This document shows, piece after piece, positions 11,085 through 20,542 of a DNA stretch of 57,162 bases. Numbering within the stretch: position 1 is the stretch's first letter; each line of letters begins with the position of its first letter. The position numbers and the translations under genes are program-made. Where the stretch lies: assembly GCA_964562935.1 (NCBI GenBank), contig CAZLVJ010000001.1, positions 33,859-91,020 on the forward strand, written 5' to 3'. The notes beneath the pieces were generated by a model that did not search any database, was not told the origin of the DNA, and worked only from the letters and a program-made list of their open reading frames with translations. Origin of the DNA: an uncultured Nitrososphaerota archaeon (GTDB lineage Archaea; Thermoproteota; Methanomethylicia; Nezhaarchaeales; WYZ-LMO8).

Positions 11085-11870
11085 TCACTTCAAAGCTAGT
11101 AGAGCCGCGCCAAGAGCTCCTACGATTATAGGCTCCTTCGGAACCCAAATTTCACAACCAAGCCTACGCTCCAGAGCCTTTACAAAGCCTACGCTCTTCG
11201 CAACTCCCCCACTAGCAACTACATCTCTTGTTATTCCTACGATCTTCGCCAAACCAGCAACTCTCGACGCGAAAGCCTCTATCAGCCCAGCTATTATTTC
11301 CTCTTTGGGGACCCCCTGAGAGATCAAGGATATTACCTCTGTTTGAGCGAAGACGGTGCAAGTGTTAGTTATGCTAGCCCTTCTCTCTGTCTTGAGATAT
11401 ATCTCCCCGAACTCCTCTATACCGACGTCTAACACTTTAGACATAACTTCTAAAAACCTTCCAGTGCCAGCTGCGCACTTATCGTTCATTTCGAAGCCGA
11501 TCACGCGGCCTTCATCGTCGAGCTTTATGGCTTTAGCGTCTTGTCCTCCAACATCTATTACCCCTTTGCAGTTAGGGAAGAGGTATTTGGCGCCTCTGGC
11601 GTGACAAGTTATCTCGGAAGCGATGCTCCCTCCAACTTCTAATTGAACAATTTTGCCGCCGTACCCAGTCCCAACTATAGCCCTTACATCCTCTTTTGCG
11701 ATCCCTCCCATTTTTAGTGTCCTCTCAAAGATTTCACGAACGCACTTCCTCATATCGGGCTTCGTAGGTATTACGTCATGTACAACTACTTCTACCTGTC
11801 CGTCTTCTCTGATTCTTGCCAAGACGGCTTTTGTATACGCTGATCCAACGTCTATGCCAATACCATACAT
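11085..11870 (-). CDS. 2-hydroxyacyl-CoA dehydratase / benzoyl-CoA reductase activator ATPase (BcrAD_BadFG / HgdC-like)
   Basis: ASKHA N-terminus GIGIDVGSAYTKAV, and NDKCAAGTGRFLE with the cluster-bridging Cys. 261 aa. Confidence 0.85.
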   Translation of the reverse strand: MYGIGIDVGSAYTKAVLARIREDGQVEVVVHDVIPTKPDMRKCVREIFERTLKMGGIAKEDVRAIVGTGYGGKIVQLEVGGSIASEITCHARGAKYLFPNCKGVIDVGGQDAKAIKLDDEGRVIGFEMNDKCAAGTGRFLEVMSKVLDVGIEEFGEIYLKTERRASITNTCTVFAQTEVISLISQGVPKEEIIAGLIEAFASRVAGLAKIVGITRDVVASGGVAKSVGFVKALERRLGCEIWVPKEPIIVGALGAALLALK

Positions 11871-11892
11871 TTTTCAGAGGCACCTGAGCCCA

Positions 11893-13167
11893 TCATAGTA
11901 GCGATTCAATAAAAGCGTTTATCTTCGTTATAGCTCTCTCTAAAGGCATACCTCTTGGATCACATTGAGGGGCCTCGACAATTACGCTCGGTATTCCAAG
12001 TCCTTCCCAAAGCGTTTCCTTAAATCTTCGTAGGCCATACGAAAAAAGCCTACAACCAGTATTCTCAAACAGTATCGCACCGTCTAAGTCAGCCCTCTTT
12101 GCTCGACGAAGTACGGACTCTATCCATACATCGGCATCACAGTTCCACAGTGACATGCTACGCCTAACCAAGCTCTCCAAAGGCTTTGAAGACTCTATCA
12201 AGCAGAAAGTGTCTTCGACGTACAAATTTAGTGGGAAGACAACCCCCCTCTCCTCGTAATACTTGTAAAGCTCGCTATACCATGGAATTATCCCTTGAGA
12301 TAGAAGCCTTAATTTCTCCTCTTCGGCTACGCCCTCCCCCCTCTTGACCCTCTTCTTAATAATTTCCAAAGCCTCTTGAGTAAACTCTAGCGCGTAATCG
12401 GCTGCAGTAATGTAGAAGCCTATTAGTGGAAAGCCTCTGTAGTCCATTTGGCTCATGGGGGTCGGCTTGGAGATCATCAAATCCGCTATCTCGATTAAGT
12501 TCCTCGAAGTCTTCTCCGCTACCTCAAATACCCTTTTCATGCGTTCCTCGTCCAACTTCTCTCCCGTCAGCCCTTCTAGAAAGTGCATAAAATCCCACAG
12601 CTGGGTGACTACGAAATCGTAATCTTCTTTGCTGATCTTCTCGGGCTTTTTAGCTGGAAACTCTATTTTTCCAATTTTGTCTTCGGTCCAGAAGGGAGCA
12701 TCTATGATGAACCTCTTTAAGTTGCTGTAGAGGTTCGCGAAAACCTCTGACATCGCGTGGTGCCCACTATAACAAGCCATACGAGAGTCAAGCACGAAAT
12801 CGGGCTTCATGCCGCAGTGGCCGCCAAGAGGGGCTATTTCGCTATTCAAGATAGAGCCAATAGAGCACTTCAGATAGTCGCAGGTAAACTCACCGTAATG
12901 GTATTCGATGGCTACATCTATGAGCTTATCACTTGCCCCTTTACTCGCACAATAAGCCGAATACTGTTCCGGGAATACGTTCACAACGTCGAAGACGTAG
13001 GCGAGCTCTGTTGGAGAACAAGCCCAAAACCACCCTACTGGCTTTCCTCTACTTTTAAGTTCCATTAGTCGGGATAAGTGCCTTTGAAACATTTCTCTGA
13101 AAAGCTTGCGCACCTCCTCTAAGGGCCTCCAAGATTGGACCTTTAACTCCTTAGGCACTTCTCTCAC
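11893..13167 (-). CDS. 2-hydroxyacyl-CoA dehydratase family subunit (HgdB/BcrB-like)
   Basis: 424-aa ORF directly upstream of the activase, with the Cys-containing pattern typical of the HGD-D family. Overlaps the preceding subunit gene by 17 nt. Confidence 0.7.
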   Translation of the reverse strand: MREVPKELKVQSWRPLEEVRKLFREMFQRHLSRLMELKSRGKPVGWFWACSPTELAYVFDVVNVFPEQYSAYCASKGASDKLIDVAIEYHYGEFTCDYLKCSIGSILNSEIAPLGGHCGMKPDFVLDSRMACYSGHHAMSEVFANLYSNLKRFIIDAPFWTEDKIGKIEFPAKKPEKISKEDYDFVVTQLWDFMHFLEGLTGEKLDEERMKRVFEVAEKTSRNLIEIADLMISKPTPMSQMDYRGFPLIGFYITAADYALEFTQEALEIIKKRVKRGEGVAEEEKLRLLSQGIIPWYSELYKYYEERGVVFPLNLYVEDTFCLIESSKPLESLVRRSMSLWNCDADVWIESVLRRAKRADLDGAILFENTGCRLFSYGLRRFKETLWEGLGIPSVIVEAPQCDPRGMPLERAITKINAFIESLL

Positions 13168-14356
13168 GCACCATCTCTACGAAGGCCCTCATCCTAGTCA
13201 CGTAGTGCTCCCTCGGAAGCGGGTAGTCTAGATCCAATCTGACCGAGGGAATGTTGAGCTTTCTCAGGCCGTCCCTCAAGTGAGGGTAGGCAAACCCCAT
13301 GACTTCACATCCTCTGTCGACTAAGAACACCACTCCATCGGCCTCGAACTCTTCCACCAATGAGCGTATGTACTCCACCCTCTCGTCTACAGCCCTTGAG
13401 AGCTGCTTTGACATTAACAAGTTCGGCACTTTAAATAAGTAATGTTCTGCCAAGGCGTCGTAAGGATCTCTGTCCTCATCGACTTCATTCCAAAAGTAAG
13501 TCGTCCCTGTGTTTAAGTCATCAGAAACTATTTTTGCTCCGCAGTCCTCTATTATCTGCAAGATGTCGAGATCGATAACTTCAGTCCCAGATACGTGCAC
13601 TTTGACTTTTTTATCAGCATCACCCTCTTGCCTACGTTGGGCCCTCAGCTCACTGATCTCCTCTAGGACCTTCTTAACGACCTTTGAATGCTCTTCCTTG
13701 GGCATTGTCATGCTTAAGATTACAACCTTTAAGACGTCAGCTCCAGTCAAGGGAAAATCTTCCCTCTTCCTAGCCTCGTAAAGCATCTTGAGCAATCGGC
13801 GATTCTCGTTGTATATTTTAATGGCCCTCCTCAAATCGTCGTCAGATATAGCTAACCCCAAGAACTCCTCTATCCTGTTTTTGAGGTTTAAAACCTCTTT
13901 TACGAAATACTCTTTGCTTAGCTCACTCTTTAAGACTGGAACCTGCAAGAGGTATGAGAACTTAGGCTTTAGGACGTGCTTTAACAAGTAGAATAGTGCT
14001 ATGCAGGTGTCTTCCAACTTCGAGGCAATGAGGCCGTCAAGCCAATTGTACTCGCCGCTCAGGGCCACTTCTAGGCACCTTCTTGAAAAACTACAGCTCC
14101 AAGATGGTAAGTAGGTGTACGCCTTCTCAATTAATTGCGCCTTTCCAAAGAGCCTAAAGGGAAGCACGCCAGCTGCGTATAGGACCTCTTCTGGTATGTT
14201 CCACGAGACTAAACCGAAAACCTTCCCACCCCTTTCGTGGACCTCCTTGGCGGTCTTTGCAACTTCTCCACTGAACTCCTTCTCGATATAGTCGATTAGA
14301 TCCTTTACTTGCACGCCCACCTTCACGGTCACTCTCCTAGCAATTGACGAGAGCAA
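13151..14356 (-). CDS. 2-hydroxyacyl-CoA dehydratase family subunit (HgdA/BcrC-like)
   Basis: Maximal ORF from TTG 14356. GTG 14326 is more likely the real start: AGGAGA lies 6 nt upstream, and 14356 sits only 9 nt from the predicted TATA box. Confidence 0.7.
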   Translation of the reverse strand: MLSSIARRVTVKVGVQVKDLIDYIEKEFSGEVAKTAKEVHERGGKVFGLVSWNIPEEVLYAAGVLPFRLFGKAQLIEKAYTYLPSWSCSFSRRCLEVALSGEYNWLDGLIASKLEDTCIALFYLLKHVLKPKFSYLLQVPVLKSELSKEYFVKEVLNLKNRIEEFLGLAISDDDLRRAIKIYNENRRLLKMLYEARKREDFPLTGADVLKVVILSMTMPKEEHSKVVKKVLEEISELRAQRRQEGDADKKVKVHVSGTEVIDLDILQIIEDCGAKIVSDDLNTGTTYFWNEVDEDRDPYDALAEHYLFKVPNLLMSKQLSRAVDERVEYIRSLVEEFEADGVVFLVDRGCEVMGFAYPHLRDGLRKLNIPSVRLDLDYPLPREHYVTRMRAFVEMVRERSA

Positions 14357-14364
14357 TTGACGAG
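14339..14364. repeat. perfect tandem duplication of a 13-mer (AGCAATTGACGAG x2), each unit containing the palindrome CAATTG
   Basis: 14339-14351 equals 14352-14364 exactly. Located between the TATA box and the SD/start of the dehydratase operon. Confidence 0.9.
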
Positions 14365-14378
14365 TTATATAATTTTCG
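14365..14378 (-). promoter_or_regulatory. BRE/TATA promoter candidate for the dehydratase operon
   Basis: The minus strand reads cgAAAA-TTATATAA. This is a purine-rich BRE followed by a consensus-like archaeal TATA, about 35-45 nt upstream of the GTG 14326/14332 start candidates. Confidence 0.5.
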
Positions 14379-14660
14379 ATGAACTACATTTGCCTCGACC
14401 TCTCTACTAGCGCAACCCCAAGGCAAGAAGCTACTAGAGAGCCTTAGGGGTAACCTTATTGCCGTCGAAGACGAGAAAAAATACATCTCCTTTGTCGTAA
14501 CTCATCTGCATGATACAGAGACGTCTTATCATCACCCAGATGAGCGTTACAGCATAGTATTATGGAGAGAAACTTTAACACTCATGTCGTTGAGGCTATG
14601 TATTTTGTTAATTTATGAGGCTACGTCATCCCCTCTTATCGTTGTTATCTTAGGCTTGTT

Positions 14661-15791
14661 TTACTTGCCCTTTATGTACTTCAAGACCTCGACCATGCAC
14701 TTAAAGGATTCACCGATTTTCGTAGCGTCGCCGAAATACGTGAGATTCCATAACACTATGTGTTGTAGGCCAGCTTTACCATACTCCTCTATCTTCTTGA
14801 TCACTTCATCAGGCGTTCCATGAAGGAAGAAATGCTCGCATACTTCCTCTGGGACCTTCTCCAATGCTCGCATTATTTCTTCACGTGTATACCTTGCTGG
14901 AACGTATTGTGTTACTGGATTGAAGCCCTTGCCAAAGGGGTGCTCGAAACCACACTTCTCGTAAAGCCATGAAGGTGCCGTAAGGGTCCAAGCTCTTATG
15001 AGAGGTGCTTTAAAGAGCTTATGACATTCTTCATGCTCTCTATCTATTATTACGTACACATAAAGCCCTGGAGTTATCTCGTTCGGATTTCTGCCCGCAC
15101 GCTTTGCTGAGTCCTTCACGACTTTCAGCATTTCTCTGTACTCCTCGACGGGGAGGCAAGCTGGCAACCAGCCGTCGGCCAGCCTACCTGTTATCTCTAG
15201 AGTCCTCTTGCCGTGAGCACCTACCCATATCGGCGGATACCTTCCCTCTTGATAAGGCTCTAGGTCGAAGACTGCGTCCCTTAACTTCCAAAACTTCCCA
15301 TCAAAGCTCACCTTCTTTCCTTTAGAGCTCCATAGCATTCTTATGATCTTTATGGCCTCTTCGAGCCTCGAGGCTGGCTTATCGTAGGGTATTCCGTAAG
15401 GCTCTACGTTTTCGAGCTCACCAGCCCCTATCCCAAGGATCACTCGTCCTTTTGATATGTGGTCTAGTGTTAAGATCTCTTGAGCGAGGGTCGGAGGGTG
15501 CCTTCTAAAGCATTCAGTGACGCTCGTTCCAAGGAGCACCTTTGAAGTGTGTACGGCCACGGCCGCCATCGTCGCTAGGGGGTCCAGGAACACGTGAGGC
15601 GACCTCATCCTAATTACTAGAGGGGTCATGTCTGGAGTCCATATGGACTCAGGTATCCACCCCATGAGGTGGTCGGGCCACCAGATGGAGTCGTACCCCA
15701 GCTCCTCGGCTCTCTTAGCGTTCTTCACGACATCATCAAAGGGGGGTATGGTTGTTCCCGGCACCCCCACCTTAATCTCGTGAATGTCCAA
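14661..15791 (-). CDS. LLM-class (luciferase-like, F420/flavin-dependent) oxidoreductase
   Basis: Family-typical N-terminus (EELGYDSIWWPDHL) and length of 376 aa. TTG start with GGAGGGA 7 nt upstream. Confidence 0.8.
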   Translation of the reverse strand: MDIHEIKVGVPGTTIPPFDDVVKNAKRAEELGYDSIWWPDHLMGWIPESIWTPDMTPLVIRMRSPHVFLDPLATMAAVAVHTSKVLLGTSVTECFRRHPPTLAQEILTLDHISKGRVILGIGAGELENVEPYGIPYDKPASRLEEAIKIIRMLWSSKGKKVSFDGKFWKLRDAVFDLEPYQEGRYPPIWVGAHGKRTLEITGRLADGWLPACLPVEEYREMLKVVKDSAKRAGRNPNEITPGLYVYVIIDREHEECHKLFKAPLIRAWTLTAPSWLYEKCGFEHPFGKGFNPVTQYVPARYTREEIMRALEKVPEEVCEHFFLHGTPDEVIKKIEEYGKAGLQHIVLWNLTYFGDATKIGESFKCMVEVLKYIKGK

Positions 15792-15906
15792 AAAATTCCC
15801 TCCGTTGCGCTATTTAGAGTGCCCTTAAACGTTAATAAGAGATTCGGAGGCTGAATGAGCTACTCGATAACCATCTGCAACCACATTAGAGGCGTCCGGG
15901 CTCAGC

Positions 15907-16158
15907 TTATAAAATGGCCAGCTTGAGTTCTTCTCGTTCTTCAGAGGCTTCCTCGCTCAACTCCGCTACTCGCTTGTCATAAAGTGTGAGACGAAAATAA
16001 GGGTTTCTGATATTGTTGAACACGACGTAGTCCCTCTTTTCGTGCCATCCTGCGAGAGCCGTAAAATGGAGCCTTGGATGAAGAGTGTAACGAGCAAAGT
16101 CGTTTCTAAGATTCTTCGTTGAGTTGCAGACCCATAACCTAGGGCATTTTTTGGCCAC
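15907..16158 (-). CDS. hypothetical small protein (83 aa)
   Basis: GTG start with GAGG about 11 nt upstream. Composition is more protein-like than the overlapping 15966..16289 ORF. No family recognised. Confidence 0.3.
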   Translation of the reverse strand: MAKKCPRLWVCNSTKNLRNDFARYTLHPRLHFTALAGWHEKRDYVVFNNIRNPYFRLTLYDKRVAELSEEASEEREELKLAIL

Positions 16159-16491
16159 GAGCCTTTAACCTCGTGTACTGATAAATGTTGGGTCACGTCG
16201 TAAGGTTGTGAGTGCTTAGTGATGCTTCGACGAGCGCTGAGGCCTCGCCGAAATGAGGGGCTTATAAGCTCCACTCTGCGCCTTAACATTGGGTGAGAGC
16301 ACGTCGATTGATGAGCTTAAAAGCCTGTTGATTAGGGCGTTGAGAGAAGATAGACGTTTCGCCGAGGAACTAGCCGAAATACTCTTTAACCATATGGCCG
16401 ATAGGATAGCCGACATGATATCTGAGCGATTAGAGAAAGGATGCTGACGCGAGGGACCTCGAGGGCACTAAGCGGAGGAACGATGGAGCGA

Positions 16492-17481
16492 CTAACCCGC
16501 AGTCTTGACGACGACCTTAACTTCCTCAGGCTCGATGGCGAGCTCGAAGGCCTTTTTGGCGCTGTCAAGACCTTTTAAAACTCTTGTAACGATGGGATTG
16601 ACGGCACCTGACTTGAGCAGTTCTATAGCTTTTTCAAAGTCCCTATGGGATCCGCATCTACTGCAGACTACTCTGACCTCCTTCACCACTGCGCTAGTCA
16701 TGTCGGCAACGAAGGGTGATCCCGGCGTGGACTTCAGGTAGACCAGGCCGCGCGGCCTGGCGAGTTTAATCGCTATGTCAAGTCCCTCCGAAGAACCGGT
16801 AGCTTCGAAGACCGCGTGGAAGCCCAGCCCCAACGAGGTCCTTCTCTTAAGGTACTCCTCGGCGCTTTCTAACTCGACTATGTCAACGTCCAAGCTTTCG
16901 ACGTATCCCCTCTTCCTGCTTTCCCTCCTGATCACGGCCACCGGCTTGAAGCCCATGAACTTCAGGAGCTGGAGGGTCAATAACGCCAAGTTTCCGGAGC
17001 CCAAGACAGCCACCGAAGCAGTGGGCGAGAGAGGGAACTGATCGAGGGCATTTATGACTGCGGCCAAGGGCTCGACAGCTACGGCAACCATAGGGTCTAG
17101 GTCTACTATGTGAATTGCGTTCAGCGGTGCTACAAAGTACTCGGCCATCCCGCCGTCGAAGTCAATACCGAGAGTTCTCTTGTAGGGACAGTGGATGTAG
17201 AGCCCCTCCCTGCAGACCTCGCATTGCCAGCACGAGAAGTTAATCTCCGGCACGACCAATTTGCCTTGTAAGCTTAGCGGTTTGACGACCTCCCCTACGA
17301 CCTCGTGGCCCGGTACGAGAGGCCTTTTGAAGAGCTTGTAGGTGCCCGTGTAGAAGGCCTTGTCGGTACCACAGATACCGACGGCGACGGTCTTTATAAT
17401 TGCCCAGTTCTCGGGCACGCTGGGCTCCTTAATTTCTTCGACGCGTAGTTCTTGAGGGCCGTAAAGTAGAGCAGCCTTCAA
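16492..17481 (-). CDS. zinc-dependent alcohol/threonine/sorbitol dehydrogenase (MDR family)
   Basis: GICGTDK catalytic-zinc motif, structural-zinc Cys cluster CWQCEVCREGLYIHC, and Rossmann GSGNLALL. Confidence 0.85.
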   Translation of the reverse strand: MKAALLYGPQELRVEEIKEPSVPENWAIIKTVAVGICGTDKAFYTGTYKLFKRPLVPGHEVVGEVVKPLSLQGKLVVPEINFSCWQCEVCREGLYIHCPYKRTLGIDFDGGMAEYFVAPLNAIHIVDLDPMVAVAVEPLAAVINALDQFPLSPTASVAVLGSGNLALLTLQLLKFMGFKPVAVIRRESRKRGYVESLDVDIVELESAEEYLKRRTSLGLGFHAVFEATGSSEGLDIAIKLARPRGLVYLKSTPGSPFVADMTSAVVKEVRVVCSRCGSHRDFEKAIELLKSGAVNPIVTRVLKGLDSAKKAFELAIEPEEVKVVVKTAG

Positions 17482-17627
17482 GCCTGCCCACCATGGGTTG
17501 AGCTCGAAGCCTCGCTTACTAACTTATCTCCACAAATGCCTTTTCGACGGATTTCGCCTCACTCTTCACCTTGAAGAGGAGTGATGGAGCAAAGCTATTT
17601 TGTCCGCTTTAGGCTTAACCCACGTGA

Positions 17628-17681
17628 GTTGATGAGATGGCAAAATGAGCTGAGCTGTGATGATCCCGACCACTGCTGATC
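17628..17681 (+). ncRNA. box C/D sRNA candidate
   Basis: UGAUGA (17630-35), 14 nt, CUGA (17650-53), 4 nt, UGAUGA (17658-63), 12 nt, CUGA (17676-79), in an intergenic gap. No clear terminal stem. Confidence 0.45.
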
Positions 17682-17813
17682 AGCGCCTCGTTATACTTTC
17701 TCTAAAACGACTTCCACGCCCCTCAATATGTAGAGGGGGTCGCCCTCACGCGCTCTTTCCCGATCTTTAGAGCATTTAATGCGATCTTAGCGATGCTCTT
17801 AACATCACCCATA

Positions 17814-18686
17814 CTACGGTTTTCGCCTACTCCGAAACCTCTTTAAGAGTGTTTGGAAGGCCAAAGCCATTGAAAACACGCATAGGCCGACTACGTAGAA
17901 GCATGTCAACCTAACGTAAGGGACGTAACCCCCCGTCGTCATATGAACCCCCAATAGCAATGTTATTGAGATCACGCAAGCGAGCACTCTCGCAAGGATC
18001 GAGGGCTTGACGGTCCCCACAAACTTTAAGGTGGACAAGACGGTTAGAGCTGCTAGGCTCAGTCCCAGGAGGGCCGCTGAAGAACCGAGCTCGGCCCCAA
18101 GCACAATGACGTTGTAGGCTGACAGCACCACAGCGGCTCCTATGTTTACGCGATAACCGACGAAGGACCCCCTCTTAGAGTGGTACCTTAGGGCTAAGTA
18201 AGACGCGCAACCCACCGCGCATCCTATAAGGGCTCCAAGTACCACGTCAACTACATGGTGTACCCTCAGAAAAACTCGGCTCGAGGAGATCCCTGCTACC
18301 ATGATCGCCGATATAATCACTATGACCGTGTCCCTCATCATGAGCGAGAAGCTCGACCAGAAAGACGACGATATCTGTGCGTGTCCACTTGGAAAGCTGG
18401 GCCCCGAGACGTCTATGAGAGGGTCTGGCGGCCTCGGCAAGTTAAAGGTGTACTTCAGTGCTATGTTGAGCGACCCGGAGAGCAGCACGGCTGTTATTAG
18501 CGTGAGGCCCAGTCGAAGCTGGGGCAAGAAATAGTACAGCACGACCGCCACGACCATGTAGAACTCCTCATCTCCAAGCCTACTCCACACAATCCACAGG
18601 TCGACGTCGTTAGTAATCAACGAGGCTATTAGCAGTGCCGCCAGAAGCAATAGCACAACAGTCGCAACCATCTTGGAAGGGCCCAA
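17814..18686 (-). CDS. PAP2-family membrane phosphatase
   Basis: All three PAP2 motifs are present: KYTFNLPRP, PSGHAQ and SRVFLRVHHVVD. Multiple TM helices. Confidence 0.8.
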   Translation of the reverse strand: MGPSKMVATVVLLLLAALLIASLITNDVDLWIVWSRLGDEEFYMVVAVVLYYFLPQLRLGLTLITAVLLSGSLNIALKYTFNLPRPPDPLIDVSGPSFPSGHAQISSSFWSSFSLMMRDTVIVIISAIMVAGISSSRVFLRVHHVVDVVLGALIGCAVGCASYLALRYHSKRGSFVGYRVNIGAAVVLSAYNVIVLGAELGSSAALLGLSLAALTVLSTLKFVGTVKPSILARVLACVISITLLLGVHMTTGGYVPYVRLTCFYVVGLCVFSMALAFQTLLKRFRSRRKP

Positions 18687-18873
18687 GTCCGATCACTGCT
18701 TAGTGAGAGGACAAGACGAAGGCATTTTAAGCATTTCCTATGGCTCAACTGATTAGCTGAAGCAGCAAGCTCGTGCCTTTCGCCAAGGCTCGTCAGCTCA
18801 TCTTAGGCCTCAGGGAGAAAGGCTTTTCGCATCGATTACGCAAATCGGGGCAAGCCCACAGCGGGGTGAGGTC

Positions 18874-19785
18874 ATGGAGTCTAAGTTCGTTGGATGCATG
18901 CTAGGTTGCGCTTTAGGCGACGCCTTAGGCTCAAGGTGCGAGGGGCTCTCCATAGATGACATTACGTCAGCGAACGCGGAGTTCGCTGGTAAGTGGACCG
19001 ATGATACCCACATGATGATTGGCGTTGCCGAGTCGCTTATCGAATGTAGGGGCTTTAACGGAGAGCACATGGCTTGGACCTTCATACGCAACTGGCAAAG
19101 GGAACCGTGGAGGGGCTACGGGCCCGGCCCGCCTAGGGTCTTCAGGATGATATTGTCTGGAGTTCCATGGTTCGAAGCCGCTAAGAGGCTCTACGGTGGC
19201 TCAGGCTCATTGGGCAATGGTGGAGCCATGAGGATCGCGCCCATAGCGCTACTCTATTACGATGACCATGAAAAATTGAGAGAGATGGCGCGCAAGTCCG
19301 CTATGCTTACTCACGCCCACGAGCTAGGCATGGAGGGGGCGGCCGTGCAAGCTTACGCAATAGCCTTAGCTCTAAGAGCCAGCAAATCCTTCAATCCTAG
19401 GGATTACCTCGAAGAGGTGGCGAGCTTCACTAAGAGCGACGTCTATCGAAATAAGCTAAAGAAAGCCATCGAGTTACTCGACGAAAGCGACAGAAAGGCC
19501 GTGGTAAGAGAGCTTGGCAACGGAGTAGAAGCCCCGAACTCTGTCCCCACGGCAATATACTGCTTCGCTAAGAATTACTACAGCTACGTAAAGACCGTGC
19601 TTTATGCGGTGACCCTCGGAGGGGACACTGACACCATAGCCGCCATGGCCGGAGCAATTGCTGGGGTCTATCATGGCGAGGAAGGACTACCACGGGAGTG
19701 GGTTGAAAGGCTCGAAAAGGCAGAATACATCAAGAAGCTGGCCAGAGACTTGTGGGCCCTCAAGAGATCGCTAAAAGCCTCCTGA
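18874..19785 (+). CDS. ADP-ribosylglycohydrolase family protein
   Basis: N-terminal GCALGDALG, the central GNGGAMR motif and C-terminal GGDTDTIAAMAGAIAG. Confidence 0.85.
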   Translation: MESKFVGCMLGCALGDALGSRCEGLSIDDITSANAEFAGKWTDDTHMMIGVAESLIECRGFNGEHMAWTFIRNWQREPWRGYGPGPPRVFRMILSGVPWFEAAKRLYGGSGSLGNGGAMRIAPIALLYYDDHEKLREMARKSAMLTHAHELGMEGAAVQAYAIALALRASKSFNPRDYLEEVASFTKSDVYRNKLKKAIELLDESDRKAVVRELGNGVEAPNSVPTAIYCFAKNYYSYVKTVLYAVTLGGDTDTIAAMAGAIAGVYHGEEGLPREWVERLEKAEYIKKLARDLWALKRSLKAS

Positions 19786-20542
19786 AAGCCCTTGCGCTTT
19801 CATCAACACTCATCTTAAAGAAGAGCCCCACGCTTAGAGCTCCGCGATCCATCCCCACTTTCGGCAGCCTCTGTGGATCAACACCCCTTCTTCATAGCTA
19901 ATGAAACGAACCCGTCAAGTTTCAGGGGCGCAGAGCTCCGATGCTTAGCTCCGCCTCTTTTAATCCTTGAGCTTACCCCTATCCCACGGCCTATGACTAA
20001 GAATTTCCCCCAGAGAAGCGAGGCCCTTAGGTGACACCGTTAACCCCTCAGGAGGCATATCATGCATTTGTCTAGCACGGAATCCTAGGCTTATGAGCAA
20101 CTACAGCGAATAAGACCCCTTGCAGAATACGAGCCCCTTAAAAGATGGTGGGCTACATGGACGAAGCCTCTCTTGTAAACCTTAGTAGCGCTTGGAACCC
20201 TCAGCGCTCTTGAGTGGAGCGTTTCCCGACCCCTTACGCGTACAACTAGTCCACGGCAAACAAGAAGTTTGCTTCGATTAGTTGCGAAGAGCATCGAGGA
20301 CGATGGCCTTCTTTGATTTACTTGGCAAAAAGTACTGCTTGCATCGCAACATTTACATTAGAATCAGCCCGAAAAGCCCTTTGACAGGTCCATTAGAGGG
20401 CCCAATAAGGCACGTCGTCCTACACCTTAGTTCATCAAATGCCGCCGACTAGGCTTGATCTTCTCCATGAAAGGACTTGACCGTCGCCTTTAACAAAGCT
20501 TAGGTTGTAATAAATAGGAGAGAGCCTCTCAAACAAGCAGAG

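Noticed and set aside
16289-16447. 52-codon TTG-initiated helical ORF (LGESTSIDELKSLLIRALREDRRFAEELAEILFNHMADRIADMISERLEKGC)
   Set aside because: It has only a TTG start, no recognisable SD and no family similarity, so I left it out of the feature list.
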